From Octopus sinensis (lineage: Eukaryota): 64,000 nucleotides of DNA. Position 1 is the first letter of the stretch. Every line of letters starts with the position of its first letter. The notes under the pieces are model-generated. The model made no database searches and had not been told where the DNA came from. It was given only the letters and a program-made list of their open reading frames with translations. The translations under genes were made by a program, and so were the position numbers. The DNA lies in NCBI RefSeq assembly GCF_006345805.1, contig NC_043011.1, positions 64,492,464 through 64,556,463 on the forward strand, given 5' to 3'. Of the stretch, positions 41,235 through 55,094 are shown one piece after another.

Positions 41235-42548
41235 AAGAAAAATACGTAAACTTTTGACAATGCATAGAATGCACCACCCTAAGTCAGATACAGAACGACT
41301 TTATCTGCCAAGAAAAGAGGGAGGCCGTGTACTTTTACAACTGGCAATAACAATGAAGATTGCTACAATTGGCCTAGACACCTACCTGAAAATCTCTGAG
41401 GACTGGATGTTAAAACTTGTTTCAAAACATGAAAACAAAAAAGCATCATACTCAGTAACAAAACAGGCAAAGCAATATCTAAGTGAATTCCGAATACAAC
41501 AAATTTCGGAATTGGAGATAGACATATTAGAAACAGGCACAGAAAATGGTAAGCGCATGAAAACCCGTGCTAAATCTGCGGCCTTAGATATTTTGAATAA
41601 TAAATGGCAAGAAAAACCTCTCTATGGCAAATACCCAAAGAGAGCGAATAATGCAGTTGTTGACAAAAACCCTAACCCATCAATGGCTAATTGCCTCTGG
41701 CTTAAAATCTGAAACAGAGGTGTTTGTCAATACAGCTCAAGATCAATGCCTACCAACAAGAAACTATCAGCCCAATAATATTAAATTTCAGCAGCAGTCC
41801 AACGTGTCGTGTATGCCAGCAACAAAATGAAACCATTGATCATGTGGTCTCCAAGTGCAGTCTTCTAGCGCCTTCAGAATATCTCAACAGGCATGATAGA
41901 ACTGCACAATATATTCAATGGGTAATTTGCAAAAACCTGGATTTGCCCCATGATAAAAACTTGTGGGAACACAATCCAACCCCAGTGCTTGAAAATGACC
42001 ACATCTCACTCCTCTGGAACTTCACCATTCAAACTGACAGAAAGATAGATGCAAATAGGCCAGACATCATATTGAAAGACTTCAAACAAAGAACATGCCA
42101 CCTCATTGATATGACTGTCCCAATCGATATAAACGTATCTGTCAAGACCTACTAAAAACTGAGCAAATATAAAGATCTTGAAATAGAAATCAGCAAAATG
42201 TGGAACCTGAAGACTAAAACGATACCTGTTGTCATAGGTGCCCTGGGCATCATAGCAAAAGGGGCTAATAGCTACCTAACTCAGATACCAGGAAACCCCA
42301 AAATGGCAGAAATTCAAAAGCTACTGCTAATGGGAACTGCCATATCCTACGCAAAATACTTTCTATGTAATCTCAAGGTTTAAAACAAACATTTTTTTGT
42401 AGACATCCACTAGTAGAAAACAAAAAACAACCAAATATGTGGGACACTAGGCATAATAACAACTTGAAGTTCCAACCTGTTGTCTCTTGAGGTCTCTGGG
42501 TGAGATTTTGAGCCAACTGGTACAAATACAAAGCAAATGTCAAACATA
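41235..42548 (+). mobile_element. R4/Dong-like element, family A (paralog of 628-1925)
   Basis: Same 5' truncation point after a GAA repeat. CRVC..H..C, RHD and RPD motifs. Confidence 0.9.
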
Positions 42549-42571
42549 TAATAATAATAATAATAATAATA

Positions 42572-42682
<111 letters not shown>

Positions 42683-42699
42683 TAATAATAATAATAATG

Positions 42700-44135
42700 T
42701 TATAGGAGACTTCGTGCAGTCCTGAAATCTGAACTAAATGCACGTAGCAAGGTGTTAGCTATAAATTCCTTAGCAGTTCCAGTTGTTACTTATAGCTACA
42801 ATGTGTTGAACTGGAATATGAGTGAAGTAAAGAATATAGATAGGAAAATACGCAAGCTGCTGAGTTGTAATAGGATGCACCACCCAAAGGTAGACGTAGA
42901 TCGCCTTTACCTTCCCAGAGCCCAAGGAGGTCGAGGCCTGATCCAATTTGAACTAGCTTACAAAACAACCACAATTGGACTGGCCAAATATCTCGAAATA
43001 TCGAATGACTGGATGCTAAAGCTCGTGGAAAATCACGAGAGACGAAAGAAGCTTCATTCTATCATAAAGGAAAGCAAAAACTTTGCTATTGATCTCGTGC
43101 AGGATACCCAAACTGTACAACCCGAGGGAAGTACGGCAACTATTGTTGCAAAGAAGGTGAAAATGATGGCAACGAAAAAAGCGCACGAGCAATTGGCTGA
43201 TAGGTTGGAGGAGAAACCTCTGCACGGCAAATATGTGACCCGCAGGAAACAAGCTGATGTTGACCAGGAGCAAACCCATCAGTGGCTACGGAGCTCAGGG
43301 CTAAAAGCTGAGAGCGAAGGTTTCATCCTGGCTGCTCAAGATCAAAACCTATTAACCCGGAACTACCAGGCCAATGTGATGAAAAATGGAGCAGACCCAA
43401 AATACCGATTCTTCAACGACATGATTGAAACAGTGGACCACCTAATCTCTGGAGGTAAAGTCTTAGCACCAGTGGAGTATAAATTAAGACATGACAGAGT
43501 TGGCCAATATCTCCACTGGCTAATAAGTCGGCATTACAATATCAAAACTGCCGAGAAGTGGTATAATCACCACCCTGAGGCTGTAACTGATGGAGAAAAT
43601 GTAACCATTCTGTGGGACTTTCCAGTATATACAGACCGAATCATCAAGGCCAATAAACCAGATATTGTTGTGAAAGACCCAAACAATAAAGTTTGCTTAT
43701 TGATCGACATGAGCATCTCCTGTGATCATAATATCTCAGCGAAAGAGTTTGACAAGCTCAGAAAATATAAAGACCTACTCATTGAAATTGAGAAAATGTG
43801 GCATCTCAAGGCGGTTACAATACCAGTGATCGTAGGAGCACTAGGAATGATCAAGAAGGGAACCGAAAATTATATGAGAATGATCCCTGGCTTACCATCC
43901 CTGCAAGAAGTGCAAAAGATTGTCTTAACTGGTACATCACACGTATTGAGAAGAGCATTGTCGATGTGAGAACTGTTGCTGCTCATGTATTTTAATGTAA
44001 CTTAAGAAAAATAAAAAAATGAACGAACTATTGACTTTTGTTTAATGGCCTAGCAATGTATACTATGAGATTCTTTGCCCTAGGAGTCGGGAAGAGATTC
44101 GGCAAGAAATGGAAGCAAATTTGAAAGAAGAAAAA
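42700..44135 (+). mobile_element. R4/Dong-like element, family B, with a 405-codon open frame (42752-43969) that lacks the RT core
   Basis: MHHPKVD, AAQDQ, RHD, KPD..LID..K. 5'-truncated at (AAT)n. Confidence 0.9.
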
Positions 44136-44237
<102 letters not shown>

Positions 44238-44276
44238 CCAATAATAATAATGGTAATAATAATAATAATATTATTA

Positions 44277-44371
<95 letters not shown>

Positions 44372-44373
<2 letters not shown>

Positions 44374-45247
44374 CTGATGTAGACCAAGCAACAACCCATC
44401 AGTGGCTGAAGATTTCTGGATTGAAAGCAGAGACTGAAAGCTTCATAATAGCAGCACAAGATCAAATCTTGTTTACCAGAAATTACCAGGCTAAAGTTCT
44501 CCGAAACGGTACTGACCCTAAATGCAGATTCTGCGACACATTTGACGAAACGATAGACCATCTCGTTTCGGGATGTCCTGTGCTGACACGAAACGAATTC
44601 AAAAATCGCCACGATAGGGTAGGACAGTATATACATTGGAAGATATGTAAATACTACAAATTCGACACCCCTGCTAACCGGTATGAACACCATCCTCAGC
44701 CGGTTGTTGAAGGTAAGGATGTCACCATCCACTGGGATTTTCCAGTCAACACTGACAGAACGATCAAGGCTAAACGAACAGACATAATTGTTAAAGACAG
44801 GGAAGAAAATACCTGCTGACTAATAGAAGTAAGCGTCCCAACTGATAAAAATGTATCTGTAAAGGAATTTGACAAACTTAGTAAATATAAGGTCCTGGAA
44901 ATCGAAATACAAAAGATGTGGAATCTTAAAATAAAAACTGTTCCTGTTATTGTAGGTGCTCTGGGTATGATAAAAAAGGGATGTCAGAAAGACCTAGACA
45001 ATATCACTGGAGAACCATGTCTCAAGGAAATCCAAAAGATTGTGCTAACAAGTATTGCCCACATCCTTAGAAAAACACTATCAATGTAAATGTTTGTGTT
45101 TGTATTACATGGAGATATTTCTCTGCTCCCCTCACCAAGCTTTCAGCTATATTTCAACAACTCTTAACCTTCACTTGCCCTAGGGCGCTGGGTGTGCCCC
45201 GGCAAGTGATTGCATCAAACATGCAGATTAAAAGTAAATGACAATGA
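44372..45247 (+). mobile_element. R4/Dong-like element, family D (only in duplicate copy 2)
   Basis: HQWLKISGLKAETESFIIAAQDQ, CRFCDTFDETIDHLVSGC, RHDRVG, ..ILRKTLSM. Confidence 0.9.
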
Positions 45248-45256
45248 TAATAATAT

Positions 45257-46505
45257 TAAGGTGGACTATTTGCGCAGATTGAGTCTGATTGAAATAGACG
45301 CTATCAATACTTGAGCGGTTTCACTCCTTATATATAGAGTAGACGTAAACGCATGGACACAAGAGGAACTAAACAGCCGAGAAAAAGAAGAAATTTGTTA
45401 ACCTGATATGAGAATCTCAACCCAAAATGTGATACACACAGGAGTATTTAACAAGTAAAATGAGGAAGAGTACTTATTGGGAGCGAGTGCAGCATAAAAC
45501 TCTCAAAGGATGAAAGGCAATGTCGAACCTGGCAGAATTTGAAGCTATGTAAAAACAATGCTACATAGCAGCTATTATTAGAAGGAAGATGATCAGGCTT
45601 GTGCAAGATGAATGATTGCAAAGATAAAACATTCTAAAAGAAATTGAAAACGAATGAAACTGAAAATTGTTCGGTAAGAAAAGGATGCATCAACAATTTA
45701 ATAGGGATGTTGAAGATACGATAGACAGAGAAAAAGGATGAATAAATGTGATTTGAAATCGAAAGCGGTGGCACTAATCTCTGCTGTGTTCGCACTGATT
45801 TGTGCTGCCCAAGAGCAAACACTAAGAACAAACTACATAAGATACAGAATGTACAACACTGCAGAAAGGTATAAGAGAAGAATCTGTAGACAAAACTGGT
45901 AACCCGTACGGCATATTACCAGCAAATGTACGCCACTAGCCGAGAAGGAATATAAGAGACGCCACGACAATGTAGCCAAGCCAGTCAATTTGACATTTTG
46001 AAACAAGTATGGACTTGACAGAGCAAAAATTAGATACGACCACAAACCTAAAGGCAACATCGAAAATATAGATGCAAAAATCGTATGGGATTTCATGATT
46101 CAATGTGACCATGAGATACAGAATTTTAAGCCGGAAATAGTCTTAATTGAGAAAGGAAACAATCTATGCTTATTAATACATATAGCATGCCCAGCTGATA
46201 CCGACGTATTCGATAAGTAAGACATAAAGGTCGAGAGATATGATAGGTTGGCTTGAGAAGTGAAGCAGTTCTGGTGGAGGTAGCAGTAGTATCAATAATT
46301 GTTGGTGCCCTAGGAAGAGTGAGCAAAAATCGCGAGAACTACGTGGAAGAAATGGAGTCTCCAATAAGGGTGGATAACGTGCTGAAAACAGCACTGCTTG
46401 CAAACGCTCGAATACTCCGGAAGGTGCCCGAAAAATGAGAGGTGTTACGTTAGTTCACTTGTAGGGAACAGCTGACACTGTAATACATTTCCAGTGTTTG
46501 AAGTT
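45257..46505 (+). mobile_element. R4/Dong-like element, family E (paralog of 2737-3960)
   Basis: RRHDNVA, WDFMIQCDHEI, IIVGALGRVS, LKTALLANARILRKV. Confidence 0.75.
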
Positions 46506-46523
46506 ATGCAAAGTCTACTGCTG

Positions 46524-46576
<53 letters not shown>

Positions 46577-47311
46577 GCTACTACTACTACAACAACTACT
46601 ACTACTACTACTGCTAATGCTACTGCTGCTGCTACGACTACTACTACTACTACTTCTAATATTACTATTACTTCTACTACTATAAATACTAATACTAATA
46701 CTACTATCATTACTACTAATAATAATAAATTATGGATGACAGGATTGGCGGTAAAATAAGGATAAGTAAGACCAGGTTTTAGAAAAGATAAGGAACATAA
46801 GAGATGCTGTCCAAACAAAAGAATATCTTAAGTGAAAATATGAACAGCATTACCATTGAGGATGGAACAATTGTTATTCTGACATTTTAATGTCAGAATA
46901 ATACACGACATTTTATGAGGAACACTCAGTCATTTAAATATATGTTAGAAATTATGGAAATTACATATATTAGTTGACAACGTAATAGAAAATTGCTCCT
47001 TTAATGAGTTACTGAACACCTGTTGTCCCGGGTTCTTATTTTCTTTTTGAAATATAAATGTTGCACTGATATATGATCATTAAACAAGTGCGTGGGGTTG
47101 AATGATTCCGTACAAAGTAAGTAGAAGTATTTTCAAAATGTCTCGCTTTTCCATCTCTGATTTAACTTTTGATCTTGTATGTAAAATAAGGCATTTCTCA
47201 CGTTCTTCGAAGTGTCCCACCAACGAGGGTATCGATGTTAGATGTGTCAAAACGAGTGTCGTGCATAATAATTCAAATTCCCGTATATTCCACATTCTGT
47301 ATTACAGTGTA

Positions 47312-47390
<79 letters not shown>

Positions 47391-47698
47391 TTATATATAT
47401 GTTTGTGTGTGTGTGTGTTGTGTATTTATATGTTTGTGTGAGTGTGTATATACAAGATAGAGAGAGAATCTGTATCTCTAAGCTGATACCACATATTTTG
47501 TCCGTGGTCTTTTTCTAATGTATAAGGCTCCTCAGAGAGATGTACCACCTCATTGATAGGCATCATCATCAACATGTCTTTCCTTTGCTTGTTTAGACCA
47601 TAATCATAGTGTGAACCATCTGGAATATTTCAATTACGTAGCTTTGCATTACGTCTTTAAAGTTAAATGTAACCAATATAAATATTTTTGTATATATA

Positions 47699-47750
<52 letters not shown>

Positions 47751-48399
47751 AGGTTTATTGATAGATAGATAGATTGATTGACATATATATATATGCTTAT
47801 ATATTAATAAATATACATACATATATGTATGTATATATATTTGTTTACCAGTGTAAATATCTATCGATCTATGTGCCTCTTTCTCTCACTCTCAATACAT
47901 ATATAAATATATATATACACACATACATAAGTATGTAGATATGTGTACACACAAATACATATATAATATATGTATTGATGTACCTGTATATATATTTATT
48001 TATTTATATACATTTTACCTATATATACACATACACACACAATCACAGACACAAACAAACAATTTTATATAAATATATATATTTATACACAAACATATAC
48101 ACAATTATATATAAATGTATATATACAAAGCCTTCGACATAGTAACAGTTATGTATACAATTTCAACAGACACAACTGTCATTCTATAAACATACGTTTA
48201 CATGTACATACACATTTATACACGCGCAGACACGTCTACATACATCAATCTTAAAATCACGCATACAGGCATACACACATACATGCATACATGCATACAT
48301 ATATGTACACATACGTACATACATGCATGCATAAATTCATATTTACTTACATATATATATACATGCATATATACATAAGTGTATACATACCTACAAAAA

Positions 48400-48895
48400 T
48401 GATGGCTGCCCTTCGTTATCGAGTATGGCCAGTGCACGAAGCTTAATTTTTATTGGTTCTGTGATTGAACGTGACATTTTAGACCAGCTAAAATATCTAT
48501 AATGTCTTGTACAGAATTGGAAACTAAAACATTTACCGGTAGTAGATGTCTGTAGTTGTAGCTGGTCTTCATGTACCTTTGCTTGTCGTTTAAGTCCTCC
48601 TGTCGAATTACACTCTCTTCGACATGCCCGACAAGTATGATTAGTATGGTGAGTAACACACCACCAGTGGACTTGTCAATCATCTGTCTCGCTTTATGAC
48701 TACGAAGATGACTCTTGAGTCCAGCTTTACTGAGGCAGGGTCTTCCTCAGAAACTGCACGTCAGCATCATAGGAAAACCCTTCCCATCTGGAGGTGTAAC
48801 AGCGATGACCTTCCTGACATCCCTCCTTACTTTCGCAAGTGCAACTCGAGATTTCTCAAAAGTGACTGACCCCTTGTGCACAATCCTTTTCCACC
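48400..48895 (-). mobile_element. RTE-clade LINE 3' end (paralog of 5822-6305)
   Basis: RWKRIVHKGSVTFEKSRVALAKVRRDVRK, followed by C2H2 remnants. Confidence 0.65.
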
Positions 48896-49149
48896 TGCTA
48901 TACATGCATACATACATATGCGTAAAAACATGTATACACACGTACAAATGTTCTCACGTGCATCATAAAATGCACACATACATGAGTAGCTGCATGCATT
49001 CATAATTTCAGCTTTGAAGTGAAACTAACGTTTTTTTGTGAGATCTTAAATGTCTTAGAACCATCTTCCACGTTGCAGTTGTTTTTTTTTTTGGACATAT
49101 GATTTCAGATCACGTCACTTCCTATGCAAATACATCTCTCCATATATAT

Positions 49150-50182
49150 ATATCACCTTGATCACTTTTACCGACCAGTCCGTCAGGCGTCCATTTGACA
49201 CCGCTGGTCGAAGCACGCTGTCCACTATTCCCTGGATCACGTCCTTCTCATCCACGTGATCCCAATCGTCCACCTGAATTCGTAACTCCACCGCAGTGAA
49301 GGTCTTCCGCTTTGTTTTTACCGCTCGCGCGGGTACCATTCGACAACTATGAGGGCCCACCGATTATCGGTGAGCCGGGCGACCTGTCCAGCAAATCTAT
49401 ATTTGCTGCGTGTATACTCTGCGATGACATCTCTCACGGCGGACGTCTTTCTGATGATCTCGCTACCGATGTGCTCTCTCAATGAGATACCAAGCATAGA
49501 TCTTTCCATGGCTCTTTGAGCGGTTACCAGTCACTGCTTTTCTCTCTTTGTTGTAGCCCATCTTTCACAGCCATAGAACATTGCAGGTAGAACTGTACTG
49601 TTGATGATGTTGGTGCGGGTGATCCTGTCCAGCCTTCCCTTGAACACATCCCTTATGCCAATAAACGCCATCCTTCCTGACCTTACTCTCCGTGAGATCT
49701 CCTTTTTGATATCTCAGCACATATTCACTTCTTGTCCCAGGTAGACATATTATTTTACATCCTCTATTTCATCACTACCGATCACCATTCGACATGTTTG
49801 TACGTATTCTGACCGCATGAACTTTGTTTGCATGCGGTTCATCTTGAGACCTACTGCAGAGCTTTTGATGTCGAGCTCCGTCAGCATGGTCTGAAGCTGA
49901 TCCGTGTTTTCAGCGATGAGTACGATGTCGTCAGCGAAACGAGATGGGTGAGGAGCTCGCCATTGATGTTGACACCGCCTTGCCAGTCTATGCCTCTGAT
50001 GATCTTTTCGAGACATGCAGTGAAAAGTTTTGGGGAGATTGTATCTCCTTGCTTCACTCCTTTCTCCACCGGCAATTGTACGGTTGAAGACAGTAGAGCT
50101 TTGTCGGTGGTGCATCCAGGATTCGCTTCCATGAGCAGCTGCACATATTGCTCTCCGACTCCTTGCCTCCGCAATGCAGAGG
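49150..50182 (-). mobile_element. RTE-clade LINE RT fragment (paralog of 6620-7600)
   Basis: KGVKQGDTISPKLFTACLE, RFADDIVL, MERSMLGISL. Confidence 0.88.
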
Positions 50183-50184
50183 CA

Positions 50185-50385
50185 TATATATAGGGAGAGT
50201 TTACGAAAAAAAACCAAAAGACGAAGACAGGTGGTGTACAAAAAAAATCATATATATTAGTATAACGCTCAGGAATAGAAAAAAGTATTTAACGTTTCGA
50301 GCCTACGCTCTTCTACAGAAAGGGACACAGAAAAAACAAGGAGAGAAAATATTGTGAGTTGTGGCTAACAATCAATCATATATAT
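50185..50385 (-). mobile_element. Copy of the about 190-bp TA-associated repeat with hammerhead-like motif (paralog of 7605)
   Basis: Nearly identical to 7605-7795. Confidence 0.6.
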
Positions 50386-50394
50386 TGTCGTCGA

Positions 50395-51030
50395 CATGGT
50401 GAAGCGTTATGAGCGTTGCCTTTCTACGATCTGCACCATACACTAGCTGAAACAATCAATAAATTCTATAACGCCAGCCAAAGTCGTTAAAACATTTTAT
50501 ATACAGAGGACATCAATTCATGTAAATATGCAACAGCTATTTATGGTGCGGTTGACGGAGAAGAAGCTCTTAGGAGATACCCTGAAGGTGTCTCTAATCT
50601 TCGAGAATACACGAGCAGCATAAGCTAATTTGCTCCAGCAGAATCCAGGCATTTGTACGGTCGCGACATCATGCGAGTCGTTTAAAGCTAGTCGGGGATG
50701 GTTTTAGAATATTAAAAAGCCAACCGTCATTCACATCCTGGTCATGCATGGTGAGGTAGCAAGAGTGGATATGAAGGTAGCTGAGCGTTACCTGAAAACT
50801 TCTGCCAGAATTAATGCAGCCGACTGATACATCCGCCAGCAAGTCTTTAACTGTGACGAGACAGGAAATTTTGTAAGAAGATTCGCAGGAGGACTTGTTC
50901 AGGAGCAAAGGAGAAGAGGGTGCCAGTGCACAAACCCATGAGGCGTAAGCTAACCCAAGCAGTATGAACCAATACGGCGGTGGTGACAAGATTAAACCGC
51001 AGCTCGTTTATCGTAGAGAATTAAACTAAA
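50395..51030 (+). mobile_element. Tigger/pogo transposase relic (paralog of 7810)
   Basis: FKASRGWF, QQVFNCDETG, VPVHKPM. Confidence 0.8.
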
Positions 51031-52139
51031 GCGGTTTTATACCCAAAATATCGAGAGTTACCCATTTTTATTCTCAACGCATATTAACGCGAATCGGTGG
51101 CTCACATCGCATCAAATTCCTAAGATTTTCGCTGAAACAATACGATGATCCCATACACGGTAAGTGTGAAAATTTTAAAGAACATTAGGGGCTAATAAAT
51201 AATTTTGCAACATAATATATGAAATATATGCATGGATTTAGTGAACGATGGGCATTTCCTACACGAGTATCGTTATAAATATAGGTGATCTCTACTCAAT
51301 AGTCGCTACAGCACAATCCTAATGCGTTGACAAAGGAGTCAATCTCCTCTCATGTCCGCAGGTATAGCCATATTATCGATTGTTTCGCAATGTGATGCTT
51401 CAAGGATCTTAACGCTCCTCAGTGGTTCTCAGCGATACAAGGTTTAAAAGCATCCGTCTTGTGAGCTTACAAGCTTTCAGCTGAGTTTATACTCTGATTT
51501 CATAAACATTGGAAGTTAGACGTATGAATATTATTATAGGCAAATTCAGAAATTTACTACCTTTGCCCTACAATATATGCGACACTAAACTGAATGTATC
51601 CGTTACTAATGAGAACAAAATGCAATAATCACCAACAGAATTGCTAGAAATGATAGTAAAAACAAATGAATAGCCACAGTGTCATAATCTTATTAAAGAT
51701 CGCATATACGGCCAGAGATACGACGATTTCGTATGTTGATGCTTGACGCAGCTTATCGCTCATCGGTGATTTTGTAACCAACTGGCCTTTTCATCTTAAA
51801 AGATTTAACTTGAAAATATACGTGAATTTTATGTAGGATAAAAATCGAAATTATAGATAATATAGGTGGTTACTTAGTTTTTTCCCAGGTGAAGAAAGAA
51901 ATGAGTACGTATCCAAACGTACCTTACGCTATCATATATACATAGAGTCATCCGTGCATTTAAATATTTGCAAAAGTTGAACTTTATACGTATTATACTT
52001 GAACTAATTTTAATGGATACTTACTTTTAATATTTTTACTTTTGGAATTTATAGTACGTTGCATATATTACAATATACTAAAAGTTATATACTTTAGTTA
52101 GTGTACTAAACAAAGTAAGTATACTATCCATATAGTATA

Positions 52140-52304
52140 GGCGCATGAGTGACTGTGTATTAAGTAATTTCTTTACCAACCACATGGTTGCGGGTTCAAT
52201 CCCACGTCGTGGCACCTTGGGCAAATGTCTTCTACTATAGCCTCGCGCCGATCAAAGCCTTATGAGTGGATATCGTAGACGGCAACTGAAAGAAGCCCGT
52301 CGTA

Positions 52305-52352
<48 letters not shown>

Positions 52353-52592
52353 GGTGTGTGTGTGTGTGTCGTGTATGTTTGTGTGTCTCTGTTTGTCCCA
52401 CTAGTATTGCTTGTCAACCGATGCTGGTGTCTTTATGTCACCGTTACTTAAGTGGTGCGGCAAAATAGACCGATAGAATAAGTACTGGGATTACACACAA
52501 TAAATCTCGAGGTCGAGTTGTTCGACTAAAGGCGGTGCTCCAGCATGGCCACAGGCAACTGACTGAAACAAGTAAAAGAGTAAGAGAGAGAG
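52140..52592 (+). mobile_element. tRNA-derived SINE (paralog of 10370)
   Basis: B-box GGGTTCAATCCC, with the same body and tail. Confidence 0.75.
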
Positions 52593-54527
52593 ATATGAAT
52601 TTTCCTGCCTAGTTATTCATATAACCTCATGGGTCTGGGAATTATTTTACTAATCCTTCTCCAAACCTGTTCCACCCACCTGATATTAGTATTTATAAAG
52701 GTCTTTATGTAAGTAGCCCTTCTAATTAAGGGCAACTAAGGAAGAATAATACCATGTTTGGATTAACCCTACAAAATTTTAAAAGCTATATTATACCTCT
52801 TTCTTTATAATTAATATATAATTATCATGTCCAAGAAAATCAATAATCCTTTAGAGAATGTCATGTAAAAATCTTTAGACATGCTAACTTAGTAAATAAA
52901 GCGTTTTATAGTTTAAATAATTGAATTATTATACATTTTATATAAATCTTCCATTTTGATATTAAATAGGTATATATATATTTCATCATGATTTTTGTGA
53001 TTAAGCTTTTTTATTTCTTTTCAATTGCGTTTTACCCTACCTGAACGTTTTATTATTTTATAAATACTACATTTTATGATATAAATCTAATATTTGTACA
53101 CCTAGAAAATCTTACTTAGCATACATATAACAGTACTGGTATCTTCTCAGGTCATAATAAACTGCTTAGGTTATACTTTAATTAATATATATTTAGCATG
53201 TACTTTAGACTTAGTATAACTTTATTAAATACCAGTAATTGCCAATGGTCAATCTTCATAGATTCCATCTAATAAGTTAAGATTTAAGTATATAATATGA
53301 ATAAATATTTAACTATTTCTATGTAATTGCTTTCCACATTCTATTGTGGTAAATTTTGGTATATGCTAAAAAGTCTTCAAACATTTTATCCTTTTGGTTA
53401 TAATATTCTTCTTAATAATCTTGATAACCCTTAATTTTTTAAATGTACACAATATAGCAATATAGTTTTAAAGTATTCAACTATAGTTCCCCATGATAAT
53501 ATTTCCCCTGGTTTTACTAAAGTATCGCTCATTTAATTGATAACGAAATATTTTCCTTTACCAAATCTCATTATATTTCTTCAAAGTAATCTTGACAATT
53601 TTATGACTATACCCACTATGATTTCTGTCAACTCCCTCAGCCCCTTTCCTAACAGAAACTGCTCCGTTTTCCTTTGCTTTAGATTTCGATATACAAAGAT
53701 TTGATATACAAAACTATAAATTAAAACTGACTACAAATAACAGTGACAAGATAGATCTCTAACAAGAGTTTGTTTCCTGATAACTTGCTAGCTTTTAAGC
53801 CGAAGTGAAGACAGAATGATCTTCGTCGTTCTTTTTCCTTCTTGGAGGTGTTTGTTAAAATTATCCTAATGTGTCCATCTGTTTAAATTTAATTAAATTC
53901 TATGTACTTTTGCAGCAGAGGATTGCTCTGCAATTAAATGGATGTAATGGTTGAATTGTTCACTTAAATGGAGTGGCTTCAATCGATTGTACTGCATTAT
54001 CGCAGGATATTCTGTTGCTAAATTTTGATTTCAATGACCTTATTTGGAAATGTAAGGATAATACCGTACTAAACTGTAGAGATGCGACGCGCGTTACTCC
54101 CCAACATCCGAAACTCGGAGTTTTATCTTGGCTACCGCATAAGTGTCACATTTTACAAACACATATATATAGTGTGTGTATTGGTATAAGTGTGCCTCGA
54201 AAGAAAGGCGTTTCAGGTAGATTTTAATAGATGTATGAAGAGCATTCGATGTTATCCACTTCCAAAAAGTTTCAACGCCAGGGAATACGAAGGCAAAACT
54301 AGAATATGTGGATATTTCTATTCAAATATAATGCGTAAGAATTCCACTTACTAATATTTAATTACAAATTATTTAAATAATTCTTTCTTTGCCGATAACA
54401 TATTAGAAAAATTGTTGCCTTTAATAAACGAGGGAAACATGACACATCAGGTGAGGTTGTATGTATCTAAAGTGCTTTAAAATTAAAATCTTAACAGTTG
54501 CCATTGTGTTTGACACGAATAACAACG

Positions 54528-54570
54528 ATGAAATATGTTCTACTACTTCTCCTTTTAATTCTCCTGCAAG
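54528..54570 (+). CDS. Coding exon 1 (signal peptide) of paralogous copy 2; remaining exons would lie beyond the window
   Basis: ATG AAA TAT GTT CTA CTA CTT CTC CTT TTA ATT CTC CTG CAA G|GTAAGT. Same peptide as 12762-12804, at the equivalent position in the duplicated block. Confidence 0.75.
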
Positions 54571-55094
54571 GTAAGTAAAATCCATATCATTTCACTTCAT
54601 CTCGCAACGAGTGAGGTATCCATTATCTCTCAATACGTATATATGTATGCCCGTCTCTCTACATCCCTCCCCACCTCTCTCCCCCTCTCTCTCTCTCTCC
54701 ATTTATATATATATATGTATCACCGTGATCGCCGTGACTGACCAGGCTATCGGATGCTTCTATACATCGCTTATCACCATGCGCTTCGCAATGTTTTTAT
54801 TTCAATGACGCCATCCCGAGGGATAAGAGTGCAGGCCAACAGAAAAAAGAGCGAGAGAGCTTTGTCGCGAAAGAGAACAGGAGGGATAGCCATCACCTCC
54901 TGCTGTAGATGTCTCTGCACACACAGGCATACACACACACACACACACACACTCACACACACGCATACACACACACCCACACACACATATATATATATAT
55001 AAACATATATATAGATAGATTGATATAACAAATACATATATTTTTGTGTCTATGAACTTATATGCATGTATGTATATATATGTATATATATTGG

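Noticed and set aside
42752-43969. Longest ORF in the window as a host gene or active retrotransposon
   Set aside because: 5'-truncated at (AAT)n, starts at GTG, lacks the RT catalytic core, and its zinc finger is mutated.
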